Assembly: GCF_000143415.4 (NCBI RefSeq)
Contig: NW_003314282.1
Location: forward strand, 887,374-951,373
DNA from: Selaginella moellendorffii
Taxonomy: Eukaryota; Plantae; Lycopodiophyta
Length of the DNA stretch: 64,000 bases
Direction: 5' to 3'
The position numbers were made by a program, and so were the translations under genes. Below the pieces are notes generated by a model. It searched no databases, was not told the DNA's origin, and saw only the letters and a list, made by a program, of their open reading frames with translations. Position 1 is the stretch's first letter, and each line of letters opens with the position of its first letter. This document shows positions 25,367 through 38,349 of this stretch, in pieces.

Positions 25367-28300
25367 TGTGAGTGCATGGAATATGGAAAGGGAATATAGA
25401 AATATGCATATCAATTAGCCCAAAAACTTTAACTTATATACAGGAGTGAGTGGTCTGGATTGAAACCAATCCAATGGCTACTAAAATCCCACTACGCTAA
25501 TATTAATATACGGCATCGTAGCCGTACAATTGGCCCTCACATCATCCCCTCCTCTCGGAATAATGGAAGGCCGTCAGGGTTCTCTTGTAGATGGGCTGAG
25601 ATCTGGAGGAACATCAGGAGGAGGCATCGGCGGATCTGTAGACGGTATTAACTGCTCCTGATCCCTTTGTATGAAGTGTTTCAACCGCTGCACATGCACA
25701 ATCTCCGGAAGATCTGCCTGCTGAACATCATGCCGAACCTCATAAACGTGCGGTCCAACTTGCCGCAACACCCGATACGGTCCTTTCCACTGTGCAAGGA
25801 GCCCCTTAGATAAACCACGTACCGTAAGATGGGGAAAACGGACTAACACTAAATCATCCACTTTGTACTCCATAGGTGGACGATGATGGGAGTTGTAGCG
25901 CCGTTGTTGTCCCACTTGTACGCGGCCTAAGTGTTCGGCAGACTCTACTCGGACAAGTGGAAGAATGCTCGTCAAATATTGTTCCCAGGACCTAGCATTA
26001 GGAGCTCGTGGCAATCCCGAAGGTAAACCCAGCTCCATTGGTAATATTGGATCATGACCATATATAAGTTTATACGGTGAAGCACCAACAGAACTCTGCA
26101 CCCCTGTGACATAAGCATACCGAAGAGACGGCAAATAACCATCTCAATCCGAATGCTGAAAGTTCACATACTTCGCAATCATCCCTTTGAATGTCCGAAC
26201 GAGCCATTCCACCAGACTGTCTGATTGTGGATGATAAGCACTCGTAAAAGTGTGGCGTATCCCCAACCGAGACGTCAAAACATGAAATACCTCAGCCATA
26301 AATGTAGGACCATTATCCGAAAGAATCCGCTCTAGACAAGAATGCTGGAACACCACTCGATTGAGAAGGAAGTATCCAACAGCAGTTGTAGAGGCGCTAG
26401 CAAGAGCACCAACTTCCACCCAACGAGTCAAGTAGTTAGAAGCAATAATAACATACTCATTGCCAGCAGTCAACCGTGGAAAAGGTCCCATAAGATCAAA
26501 CGCCACCAACTCAAACGGACGGGAAACTGCAATTGACTCCAACCGTCCTTCCGCAACACAAGGGGGAGTATTACGAGCTTAGCACCAAACGCAGCTACGC
26601 ACATACCGGATAACATCACGTCGCATCTCCGGCCAATAGAAAGACCTGCGCAGCTTCTCGGTCACACAACGATGTCCCATATGCCCACCTAGAACAGGAG
26701 AATCATGGTAGGCATAGAGAAACCGCGGAATAAAGATAGAAGGCACCACCAGCTATAAAGGATCATCAGGATCCGTCCCCACAAAATAAAGAAGGCCATC
26801 TTTAAGATGATATTGAAAATGTAAATGCCGAAAAGGCAAGTTATCAGCAAGTGATGTAAGATTCTCAAATGCATCTCGAAGCCTTCGAATCCATGGCTCA
26901 ATCTTTTGAGCCTCACGAACCTCATCAAGAGAAAGTAGATCTTGCTCTGCGCCTTGTGAACACTAAACGTCAAGTACAGCAACTGCCGACGGCACAGAAT
27001 CCTCGTCTAGAAAATCCACAGATGCTGGAACAACAAGCTCATCAAAAATAGGAGAAGAGAGCGGAGAAGGAAGAGGAGCTCGAGAAAGGGCATCAGCATC
27101 AGCCATAGAACTCCCTGGGTGATGAACAACATCAAAATTATATATTTGAAGCTTCAAAACCAACCGAGCAGTACGACCAACCAGGTTCTTTTGCTTCAAT
27201 AATGAAGTAACGGCAGCATGGTCACCTTCAAGTAACGTCCGAGAACCATGTAGATATGCATGAAGTTTCTCGAAACCCCAAACTGCCGCTAAACACTCCT
27301 TCTCTGTCGTAGAGTAGTTCACTTCTACTAGTTGTAATGTACAGCTTATATATGCAATGGGATGACGCTGACCAGGCACACTCGGGCTTTCTTGCATCAA
27401 CACACCTCCAAGACCAATATCAGAAGCATCTACGCGCAAAATAAAAGGTCGAGTGTAGTCAGGATATGCCAAAACTGGAGGAGTTGTTAACAGCTCTTTG
27501 AGATTCACAAATGCCTGCTCACAATCTGAAGACCAGATGAAAGATGACGTTGATGACTTTAGCAACGCTCACAACGGTGCAGTGCGATCAGAATGATGAT
27601 CCACAAAACGACCAAGATACTGCACCTTGCCCAGGAAGCGCTGCACATCATTCACACACTTTGGAGTAAGGAACTTTAGAACGGCTACAAGTTTGTCAGG
27701 ATCAACTTGCAAACCTTTACGAGAAATACGGTACCCAAGATAAGTTGTGTCCTTGGACCCAACACGCACTTCGACCGCTTCAGCTTTAAACCAACGTCCC
27801 ATAGCCGATCCAACACTTTACACACATCACGAATGTGCTCCTCCCACGTCCCCTCCGAGTGAATCAAGACATCATTAATGAAGTCAGCAGTCACCTCTGG
27901 CATATCACAAAGAACCTCGTCCATCATCCGCTGGAAAGTTGCTGGAGCATTGTTCAAACCAAATGGCATCACCAAGAACTCGTACAAACCAAATGGTGTA
28001 CGAAAAACAGTCTTAGGAATATCTTCTTCGGCCATCGGTACTTGCCAGTACCCAGAAGCAAGATCGAGCTTGGTGAACCAACGACTTCGCCCTAGACGAT
28101 CCAAAAGATTAGCCGTGTGAGGAAGAGGGTACACATTCGGGATCGTCACTTCATTTAACGGATGATAGTCGATGCAAAAACGAATACTCCCATCAGGCTT
28201 CGTCACAAGATGAGGTTCACATGCCCAAGGACTCCGTGACTTCCGAATAACACCCTTCTCCAACATCTCTTTGACGTTTGCACGTAAAATCTTGATCTCC

Positions 28301-30306
28301 TTACCGACGACAAACAGGAACCTTGATTGGACGAACATCCCCGGTTGGAATCGGATGACGTGTGGCAATCTTGGCCCTAGAAGATAAGTCAAATTCAAAG
28401 AGATCAGAATACTCCTTCATGAGCTGATCAATAACTGCAACACAAAGATCTTCGGAGGGATCGGAAAAGGGAAGAGCAGAACAAGATGGAAACATAGAAG
28501 GAAATAGTGGGGAAACAAAAGTAATAGAAGCAGAGGTAAAAGTAGAGGGACAAAGAGGTACGAAAGTGAGAGGAATGGATGAAACATAAAGAAGTATGAG
28601 ACAAGGGGGAGAAGCCTTAAAGTCACATTTGGCATGATTGCGCTGCAACCAATCCATACCAAGAATAAGGTCAAAAGCTTGACTCGGCACCACCCGCAAT
28701 GACTGCAACTCAAGCTCGAGATCGCCCACACGCACAACCAGATCCGCCTTATCTCATGCACATGCATGTACGGCCGTTGCCATAAAGAATGAAAACTGGA
28801 TCCGCCGCACGACGCAAGTGTAGACAACAACGTGTAGCAACAGGTCGAGCAATAGAAGATAAACTCGAACCTGTATCAACCAACACGGAGAGAAAAATAG
28901 GAGACCTCTTGTTATAAAAACAAGCTTGGAAAGTAAACACTGGATGAACCGGTGCCGAGTGAACCCCTTGATGATACTCTCAAAAGAAAGATGGAGGGGT
29001 CACTAACTTATTTGCGCAAGGTCCCTCTGTTACTCGCATGACTCCTCATTTCCCGGATGCACCTCGGTGTCCAAACCTTCCACTGCAGCAGCACCAACAG
29101 GACGTTGTTGACGCCAAGGTCTCCATCTAGGAAATGGAGGTCGCCAATCTGGAAAGCATCGACAACGCCGATAAGTATGACCAACTTCATCACACGTCCA
29201 ACAACGAACATCACGGCCACAACCACGTCATCGCCCTTATCCATGGACTCGAGTAGCAACAGCATCAACCTCCATTGGAACAGGACCATCACTCATAGGA
29301 AGTGGAGTTAAAGGACGTGCAGCGAAAAGTGGAAGAGGTGACGTCTTATAACGTTGTGCCAAGCGAAGAGCATCGTCAAGGGTGGCAGGGGCAAGTGCAT
29401 GCACAAGGCCAACAAGATTTTGATGAAGTGCTGGCCACAACATTCCTAGCTTGATCCGCTCCGACATATTAGGCTCCGCACGAAGTAAAAGACTTCGGAA
29501 ACGAACGCCAAATTGCATCACTAACTCAGATGGCCCTTGGCGAAGACGATGCAATTGTTGGAAGGCATCGTCACAATCGTCGGCATGTCCAAAGGCACGT
29601 TTGAAGACGTCCGGAAGAACACTCCAATCCCCACGAGTGGCCACACTCAATCCATTGTACCACTGCAACACCGTCCCTTGGAGACACGTGGGAAACTTTC
29701 GAGCATCATCCCAAGAATGATATGTGGCAATCACTGTGAAGTGATCGAACCAATGGTACACATCATCCCCAGGATTCCCACGAAAGAACTCCGGCCGAAC
29801 ACGAGGATAGGCACCAAGAGCATGAGGAGTTGGACCACGTGCCGTGAATGCCGCCATCAATTGAGTTTGGTTGTTCAATTGCAAGCGCATAACATCAAGC
29901 AATTGAACCAACTGCTGTTCTAGAGTCAAAGGAGGAGATTGCGGATCGGCCATGAAGATGAATGAAAAAGAAAAAACAAAAGAAGAGAAAATCTTGAAAA
30001 GAAAGAACAAAAGAAAGGAAATGGAAAAAACTAAATCTAGACAATGCAAAATAAACCGAAATCCCAAATCCAAGCACTCCCCAGGGACAATCAAAAGTGC
30101 CCTTCATCTCCACGCCCTTCATCTCCACTAATGTGAGTGCATAGAATATGGAAAGGGAATATAGAAATGTGCATATCAATTAGCCCAAAAACCCTAACTT
30201 ATATATAGGAACAAATGGTCTGGATTGAAACCAATCCAACGGGTACCAAAATCCCACTACACTAATATTAGTATACGGCATCATAGCCGTACACTTGTCC
30301 CTCACA
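25367..30306 (-). mobile_element. Full-length non-chromovirus Ty3/gypsy, disabled; 175-bp LTRs 25367-25541 and 30132-30306
   Basis: TG..CA LTRs, 4-bp TSD CATA, PPT gagaggaggggatga; gag, LVDTGSS protease, RT, RNase H and integrase with GPY motif; multiple stops. Confidence 0.95.
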
Positions 30307-31439
30307 CATAATATAATAATAATGTAAACAATTTGTCATTTATGTTTAGTGACTAGAAGTATTTTTAGCATACAGCTAAAATTGAGAATCATCAACTTTG
30401 TCAACATGACTTGAATGTATATATCCCTTCCTTGTTAGAAGATAATTGTGGCATACCGTTTTCCAGTAATTACCACAGATGGGGCGGATTCTTCGAGGAG
30501 ATGAGCTCGACTGCACTAATCCCCCCAATGAGGTATTGCGACCAACCGGAAGAATCTTTAAACTCCAAAAACAATGTCATTCCCTCTAAATGTGCTGGAT
30601 GTAAGCTCTTTCCAATTACCTGGAGCCAGCCAAGGGATGACCGTTGCTGCTGTGAGAAACCGAGATTGCTGCTGCTGCTGCCAAACCAGGAAACGAGGCC
30701 TTGGTGCTGTTAGCAGCGGAAAGACGCACACGAGGAGAAAAAACTTTCTGTGCATTCAACTGTATGTTACATATTCATGGGCATAATTACATGCTACATC
30801 ATCTACCTCTAACACTCCCAATGACAATTAGGCTGTTGATTCAAACTTAAATCGTGCCCAGCAGCTACTCTGAGATGATGAACATGAAGAGCTGATGAGA
30901 AAACCATATGAAAAACTCATCAATCAACTACCCAAATTTTAGTTCTTGGTTTTGGCCTTACTTGCACACTCTTTGCTCCTTGCTATGGCTTCAATCTTGC
31001 TAATTACTGAAGTTGACACTAGGTCAAAGCCCTCACCTTGCTTGGATCATGATCACCTTTGCTCACTGCACCCTTAGGTTTGTTCTTGAACTGCATCCCC
31101 TGATGTGCCACCCCATCCTCTTTAACAAACCGGCCTCCTCCCCACCACATCAGAAGCTGAGTCATCTGTGTCCATATCGTATGTTGCCTCATTTTGTGCT
31201 ACGGGCTCGTTATTGGCTGTTACAGCTGTAGCCCCTACCCCGCCCCCCTTGCAGTTTTAGTGGTCTTCTACTTTGTGTGGTGGTTTAAGTGTCAAGGTCA
31301 ATATTGAACATTCATTTCAAATGCCAGCCTTCCTTAACCTGTTGTGGTTCACTCCCTCTAGCTGCTACACAGAATTTGGATTTGTGAACTTGTTGGGTGA
31401 TTGTATATAGTCTTTTGAACTTTGCTCTGCCTTTCCCAC

Positions 31440-32045
31440 CACGTCATATGACTTTTATGAATACTTGGTCTCCTACTGCAAATGGATGTTTGGCTATCCT
31501 CTTGTTGAAGTTTTTGGAGTAGCATTCCTGGGATCGCAAAATATTGATCTTGGCCCGCTCAGTGAGATCAGGGCTCTCCTCCAGTACTCGTAAGTCTGGC
31601 ATGGGATGATGAGGTTTCCTTGGTAGCTCAAATAGCGAGAATCCTGTGGACTCATGCCTGGATGTTTGGTATGCAAATAGCAGCTGTGGGAGTAGTGCAT
31701 CCCAGTCCCTGGGGGATAGCAAAGCATTTACCGTGGTCATTTTTTCCAATGTCTTGTTGAATCTCTCTGAAATCTCGCAGTGCATTGATGTTTTGCACCC
31801 ATGAGGTTACAAAATTCTGGTCCCTGACCTATGAGTATCTCCACAGGGACGCCATGTCTAAGGATTATCTCTTCGAATATGAACTGGACGGCTGCCTCCA
31901 CTGACTTTGTATGTAAAGCTTTCCCTTCAACCCACTTGGTAAAATAGTCTATTGCCACCACGACCACCCTGTTGCCGAATGCAGTTTCAAACTGAATGGA
32001 CCAGCAAAGTCCAATCCTATCCTTGCAAAAGGCTCTGATATGGGC
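31440..32045 (-). mobile_element. Ty3/gypsy integrase fragment of a different family
   Basis: PFARIGLDFAGP..VAIDYFTKWVE..HGVPVEIL..QGPEF..ERFNKTL. Confidence 0.85.
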
Positions 32046-32316
32046 TCAACAGGAAGGACTACAAGGACCGGAGGTACTTGCAGGTTGTGGCAAACGCGCT
32101 CGACGTGAAGCTCAGGGACGACCTCGAGAGGCTCAAGAAGATCAGGCAAGCCATTTTTTCCTTTCAATCTCTTACGGATGGATGGATTGACTTGAGGTTA
32201 TCTTCCTTAGGGACCACCGTGGTCTTCGTCACTACTGGGGTCTGCGCGTCCGCGGGCAGCACACCAAGACCACCGAACGCCGTGGAAGAACCGTGGGAGT
32301 CTCCAAGAAACGATAG
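32046..32316 (+). pseudogene. RPS18: 5'-truncated RPS18 duplicate (end of exon 3, intron, exon 4)
   Basis: Near-identical to 22539-22811 with small deletions. Confidence 0.92.
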
Positions 32317-32576
32317 ACAGTATCCTCCATGGCTTTGTACGAGCATTGCTTGGTTCTTCTCCTAACTTTGTGACAAATGCATCCTGCCGAGATCTCTCAA
32401 GCTCTTTGTTTTCAGAAAAAAAAATACAATGTACCAGTCAAGTCAAACCGGTGCATTAATTACATGACTGGGAAGCTTCTCACGAAGAGTCCCCAAAGTT
32501 AGAAAAACCAACTTCCAAACCAAGTATATATAATCACAGCTCTTCCAACCAAGAAATCAATTCACAAAGCATTCAA

Positions 32577-33272
32577 ATGGCTCTAAGAATTGGCTCAATT
32601 GTGCGTGTTTTGATCCTCTTCTCGATATGTTCTCGTGATCTTCTCGTCGAGTCCAGGGGATGCGGGCAATCGTGCTCCACAAACGACGATTGCGATGGTC
32701 AGCTCTACTGTGGAGCGGGGAGCACTTGCCAAGACGATCCGGATTTGGGAACTCACATCTGCGCTGGAAGTGGCGGCGGCGGTGGCGGTGACTCAGGAAC
32801 TTGCCAACAGAGTGGAACTCTCAAGGGCAATTCGGCCCACCAGTGCGGCGAGTGCTGCAAGGCCAACACAAACTATCCGATCTATCGATGCTCGCCACCA
32901 GTCTCGCAGAGCACCAAAGCAATTCTCACTGTCAACGACTTCCAAGCTGGTGGCGATGGCGGAGATCCTTCGGAGTGCGATGGGAAATTCCACTCCAACA
33001 CCGAGAGGGTCGTGGCTCTCTCAACCGGATGGTATAGCGGGGGCTCCCGGTGCTTGAAGTTCATCAGTATCACAGCTCCAAATGGGAAATCCACCACTGC
33101 CAAAGTGGTGGACGAGTGTGATTCTACAATGGGCTGTGACAAGCCTCATGCTTGGCAGCCACCATGCTGGAATAACATTGTGGATGGCTCTGATGCTGTG
33201 TGGAAAGCACTGGGCATTAGCTCCAGCGACTCCCTCTACGGTCAGATGTCCATCACCTGGAGAGATGCTTAA
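32577..33272 (+). CDS. Kiwellin / ripening-related protein, copy 2
   Basis: Near-identical to copy 1; CRNN changed to CWNN. Confidence 0.92.
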   Translation: MALRIGSIVRVLILFSICSRDLLVESRGCGQSCSTNDDCDGQLYCGAGSTCQDDPDLGTHICAGSGGGGGGDSGTCQQSGTLKGNSAHQCGECCKANTNYPIYRCSPPVSQSTKAILTVNDFQAGGDGGDPSECDGKFHSNTERVVALSTGWYSGGSRCLKFISITAPNGKSTTAKVVDECDSTMGCDKPHAWQPPCWNNIVDGSDAVWKALGISSSDSLYGQMSITWRDA

Positions 33273-33539
33273 CAATGTGAATGAAATCTATATAACAGTA
33301 ATTGGTCAAAAAGAAAAATAAAAGCTGCCAAGACGTTTGAAAGAAGTCGAAACACTGGCCAGTTCTTACAAACACTGTTATAATGGAAGTTCTTTGACCT
33401 ATCTTTGAGGCCCTTGCAATTGGGCAAGACCAATGAATGCTCATCGCGACCTCGAGAAAGCTATACAAATTGTTTATCATGCTGGTAGTTGACTCTTTCT
33501 CTTGTTGGCTAGAAGTGTTGCCAACCATTGACTGATAAA

Positions 33540-34370
33540 GTTTTACCAACATTGACTGGTTTTCGATCATGGTTTCGTGCACGGTGGATTGCAGTCGACT
33601 CCGAATCAAGCTTTGGCTCACCACACAACGTCGCAGCGCTGCGGCAGGCCAAAGTGGAGGGGATGCACCTCAACACCCCCAGGCTGTGGCCAGCTTCACG
33701 ATCGCAGGCACCTGGGGTGAAAATCAGGTGGCGGGCCAATCAACACAGCCCCCGTTCCTTTGAGCCGCGTCACATAGCGGCTGCTCATGACGAGCTCCCG
33801 CAGAAAGTCGATCTCGTCTCTCTCCCAGCTCGGCACCCGGTCCCTTGGGGTAGGAGGCGGTGATGTGCATGCGCAGAGGTGCGTCCAGTCCTCGAGGCTC
33901 AAGCTCTACGATACCAAAAGTTAGCCATGAACCATCATGGAGATACGAGCAATGTAAAGCACCTCAAGGCGGCGGCAAGGTTGAGAGATCTTTGGCCGAA
34001 TCCAGAGCTGCTTGACGCCACTGATGCGACCTCTCGCTGGGCGAGCCTCGAAAGGTGCTTGTGAGCTTGTTGAGCCTAGACATTTACAGGCCCTGGATGC
34101 TCCGCCCTGGATGGTTGCACGTAGACGGCATCATTGACGAGCATCCACCGGAGCTTGTGCAGCTTCCGCACCGGCCAAACCAGGAAAGAAGGCCCTGCTG
34201 CCGCTCATCCTCACCAGTGACTGTGTGATTCCAGGCTGAAATTTGTGACGACGCGCTACACCCCAATACAAGTGGTACAAGTGGCGCGACGGGAACAGGA
34301 TCCCGAAGAGCACCTCGTCGGGAAGATCATCCAAGGAGCTCAGATTGTTGCGCATCTTGGTTATCTTCAT
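33540..34370 (-). pseudogene. F-box protein relic, copy 2
   Basis: LDDLPDEVLFGIL start; frameshifts. Confidence 0.7.
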
Positions 34371-34424
34371 CCTGATAACAAATATTTTTCAATTTATTGG
34401 CAAATACTTTTTAGTGGATTAACA

Positions 34425-34996
34425 TCAATGGAGAGAGGTGGTGAAGGAGACGGTCTGGAGAGGGCTTCCACAGTGGTATTGTCCGATGATATCAGCCAGC
34501 GAGTTGACAAGCCGGCTATCCATGGGCTTCACCAAGGGATTCCTTTGTGGAACAAGCACAAAATCATACGTGTGGTTCCTTGCATTGAATGGATTTGGGT
34601 ATGGAATGTTCTTGCTAGTGTTGGAAGGAGATACATAAGGCTCCAAAATGCTGCCCTTCACAGCTCCTGCCAAGCCACCATGATCATATAAAGATTTGAA
34701 GTATATCACTCACCGGTGCTGCCTGCTGGAATGTTTGCAATCCAAAAGTTGATGTAGGGGTAAACTTTGGTTGGCGCTGACAGTGCCTTTTGATCTGCCA
34801 TGACAACCGAGAAGAGACGAGCAGTGCCATTCTTCCCGAATCCTTCAATGTCAACAGTGGGGGCAGAGTCAGTGCTGCTCAAGGGGATGAAGTTGCCATT
34901 CCCAACCGTGACAGAGCCATATTGTACAAGCAAACCAACAGTAGCTTGAGCTAACAAGGAGCAGAGAATCAAGCAAGACATGACTGAAATTGCCAT
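34425..34996 (-). CDS. Secreted PEBP-fold protein, copy 2 (intron 34667-34713)
   Basis: Translation identical to copy 1. Confidence 0.8.
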
Positions 34997-35419
34997 TAGA
35001 AAAGATTAATTGATTGATGTTTTCTGTTGAGAATTTCCTTGAGATTTATACAAAGGCAATAGCTAATTCTGTCCATGCCTTGGATAAATTTTGCAAACTA
35101 TCTAATAAAATCTAGTGTATCGATTGTCTTTTTACACGATCTTAATAATAATATAATAATAATGTAAACAATTTGTCATTCATGTTTAGTGACTAGAAGT
35201 ATTTTCAGCATACAGCTAAAATTGAGAATCATCATGACTTGAATGTATATATCCCTTCCTTGTTAGAAGATAATTGTGGCATACCGTTTTCCAGTAATTA
35301 CCACAGATGGGGCGGATTCTTCGAGGAGATGAGCTCGACTGCACTAATCCCATTGCGACCAACGGGAAGAATCTTTAAACTCCAAAGACAACGTCATTCC
35401 CTGCCGAGTTGGGTCTAAA

Positions 35420-35670
35420 TGTGCTGGATTACCTGGAGCCAGCCAAGGGATGACCGTAGCTACTGTGAGAAATCGAGATTGCTGCTGCTGCTGCCATACC
35501 AGGAAAAGAGGCCCTGGTGCTGCTCACTGCCAGAGGAGATTGTGGACGATTCCAACCTGAAATGCGTGCTGACCCTTGCGAGTTGCACCCATCTTGACGA
35601 CTAGACCAATATACGTGGCGTCAGGAAAAGAGTAGAGAGGACAAGCACGTTGGAAACATCCATCGTATAG
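35420..35670 (-). pseudogene. Short F-box relic
   Basis: Homologous to the F-box region at 39800-40010 and to 60577-60800. Confidence 0.55.
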
Positions 35671-36652
35671 TTAACATTAGAGAATACGTTGATTTTATTT
35701 TCTTTTAAAGTAGTCCCAGCAAGAACATGTCATTTCACGTTGACCCCGGTGAAAGAAGATGCGTTTGGTCTTGTATGCACTAGAGTTAGAGTGGCTGCGA
35801 GCTTGGGGGATGGCGTTTCTGGGCTCTGTTAGCTTCAAGCGAAGGTAAGTTCTCAGCTTTATTTTTTGGTGGATTCATTTCTCAGCTTTGGAAAAATTTA
35901 TGCAGCCAAGAACACATCTAACTCAGAGGACACTCGTTCAGGAAGTCTGCTACTCGAATAGCCTTCTGATCGGGAGTCAGATGCGCATGGATCGGGTGGT
36001 ATCTAGCGCTCCTAGGTCATTCCACGATCTTCAGTGTTTTTGACTTTTGTCACATAGACCATGAATGGACGGATCAGATGTAACAGCTGTCTGATGTGGC
36101 AGAATTTTAATTAGTACCCACATAAAGTAGTAGAATACAGAAAAATTCATACAACTTACAGTTGAATTAGTTCCCACCACCAAGATCACCTTAGTTAAAA
36201 TAGAGCTCAACTTTACCAAAGGGCAGTTCTCTGCATAAAAGAGTAAACCATTGCCACGCCTGGTCGTCTGCGTAACAGGCAGAAATACTTACCACTATAC
36301 TTCAATGACTGATGATTACATTATTTTAGATAATGAAAATCTTCATATTATTTTTTTTCCACCTGATTCTCAGTCCAACAGCACGGCATCGGCATTTGCA
36401 ACAGGCCTTTAATACTGTACTAAAATATCGAGATGTGGTTCTTTAAACGTTCCTTATGTCCTTTCTTTGCAATCATAACGGCGGTTGCTGTCTTTCAAAC
36501 CCGTGACCAAGAACGTCGAAGGCAATCACAGCGAGCTTCATCAGTCCTTAAAAATATCTATTACGCTCCTAAGTTACATAAGGGGAATTTCCCTCTCTAA
36601 ATAAATTACACTCTGCCTATGTTGCAATTCGCAAAATTGTGTTGTAATGTCC

Positions 36653-37831
36653 TCAAGGAACTTCCAGGTACATGTCGTTAATATCAAACTCCACAGGTGG
36701 CTGTTGCTCCATCCAAGACTGAATAAACTCCATGTCCCCAATGGTGCTATCTGGGATCAATAAGAGCTCCTCCAAAAGCATATTGTCCACTGAAAGTGTT
36801 TGCTCGCCGCCATCCATGCCAGATTCATATTCCTGCTGGGGAATATAGGTTGGCGGTGGTGGACACTCGTCAAAATCAACGAGCTCCATCCAAGACTGAC
36901 CAGACTCTGTATTGTCAATAGTGCTTTCTGGGCTTGAAAAGATCTCCTCCAGAAAGCCATCATCCAGTGAAAACGTTTTCTCGCAGCCATCCAGGCTTCC
37001 AGAGTTATGGTGCTCCCCATCAATGGAGCTCATCGAAGGTGAGGATACTAGAGGTGGTGGAGAATCCTTGTTGAATCTTAGCTCCTCCGGCTGTAAACCC
37101 TCCACGTTATGATCATCAGCCAAATTTTGGTTATCGCCCTGCTGCTTTAACGTGTGTATGACAATGGTTTTCATTTGAGGTGGCAAAGTCTTCAGATCAA
37201 GGCCAGTGTTTGTGTTGAGGATGTAACTCTTTACCATGTCCGGGAAGTAACACGAGAAATCAAGTATTGTACCCGTGAGTATGTGTAGCTCCCATATTTT
37301 CTTCATGATTCCATAGATGCGCTTTCGGAAGCAGCTCTTTCTTGTCTCAGCATCAGAGATGTACTCTATCGGGATTTTTTTCTTCCCTGCTCTCTTTTTC
37401 TGAACGAGAAACAACAAAGAAAAAATTATAAGGAAAAACCATCTAGAAATTATTAATACCTTGATGATAGGAGATATTTGGTTAACTTGGCCCTGTTGCG
37501 TTACTGAATGCATCGATTGCTGCTTGACAATGGTTGTCATTTGAGGAGGCAATGTCTTGAGATCAAGGCCAACATTGGTGTTGAAGGCATAGCTCTTGCC
37601 CGTGTCAGGAAAGTTACTTGAGAAATTGAGTCTTGTAGCCGTGAGTATGTTAAGCTCCCATAACTTCTTTGTGATTCCAAAGATGCGCTTGCGGTGGCAA
37701 CACTTTCTTATTTCAGCATCCAAGATGTATTCTAGTGGAATTTTTTGTTTCCCAGCTGTTTTTTTCTACAAAGAAACATTTATAAGAGGTGAAACATGAA
37801 ATTACGGAAATACCTTGATCACCGGAGACAT
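36653..37831 (-). CDS. Type I-like MADS-box protein with two tandem MADS domains, copy A (356 aa; exons 37831-37814, 37765-37460, 37399-36653)
   Basis: Two repeats of GKxKIPxxYIxDAExRKxCxRKRIxGIxKKxWELxILT; acidic C-terminal repeats; GT-AG introns in frame. Confidence 0.8.
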
Positions 37832-38318
37832 AGTTATTTTCCTTGTGTGTTGTTTGGGGGACAAACCCTTATTCTTGTTCCCTCAATTATTAGCAAAATC
37901 AAAGATTTGATATCTTCCTTAAATCTAGCATGTTTATGTTTATTAATGTATTATTATTATGTTTAGTTGATAGTTAATTAATCCATCCGCAAAAACCTCC
38001 ACTCGCTTTCCATGCGAATTCAGGACAAGCATCGTGGCCGCCTCTCGATCCTTTGCCAACAGCGCTCTGCCCAATCCTTTCATGGATGCATGGCCACCCT
38101 TGCGCAGCTCCTCTCTCACTTTGTCTGGCCAACGTTGATAATCGAGGAATGCCGTGTCTTATGGTCGTGAAAGAAGTCCATTTCTTTCAAGGTCAAATTA
38201 GGTGGCTGCATGGGGACGATCTTCCCGACGAGATGCTGGGCGAGCTAAAAAAATGTGATCTCAATTTCTCAATCTTTGCTTCAGACTTGTATACGAACCA
38301 TTGTTAATCATAAAAAAT

Positions 38319-38346
38319 CACACACACACACACACACACACACACA
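38319..38346. repeat. (CA)n microsatellite
   Basis: Direct inspection. Confidence 0.95.
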
Positions 38347-38349
38347 ACT

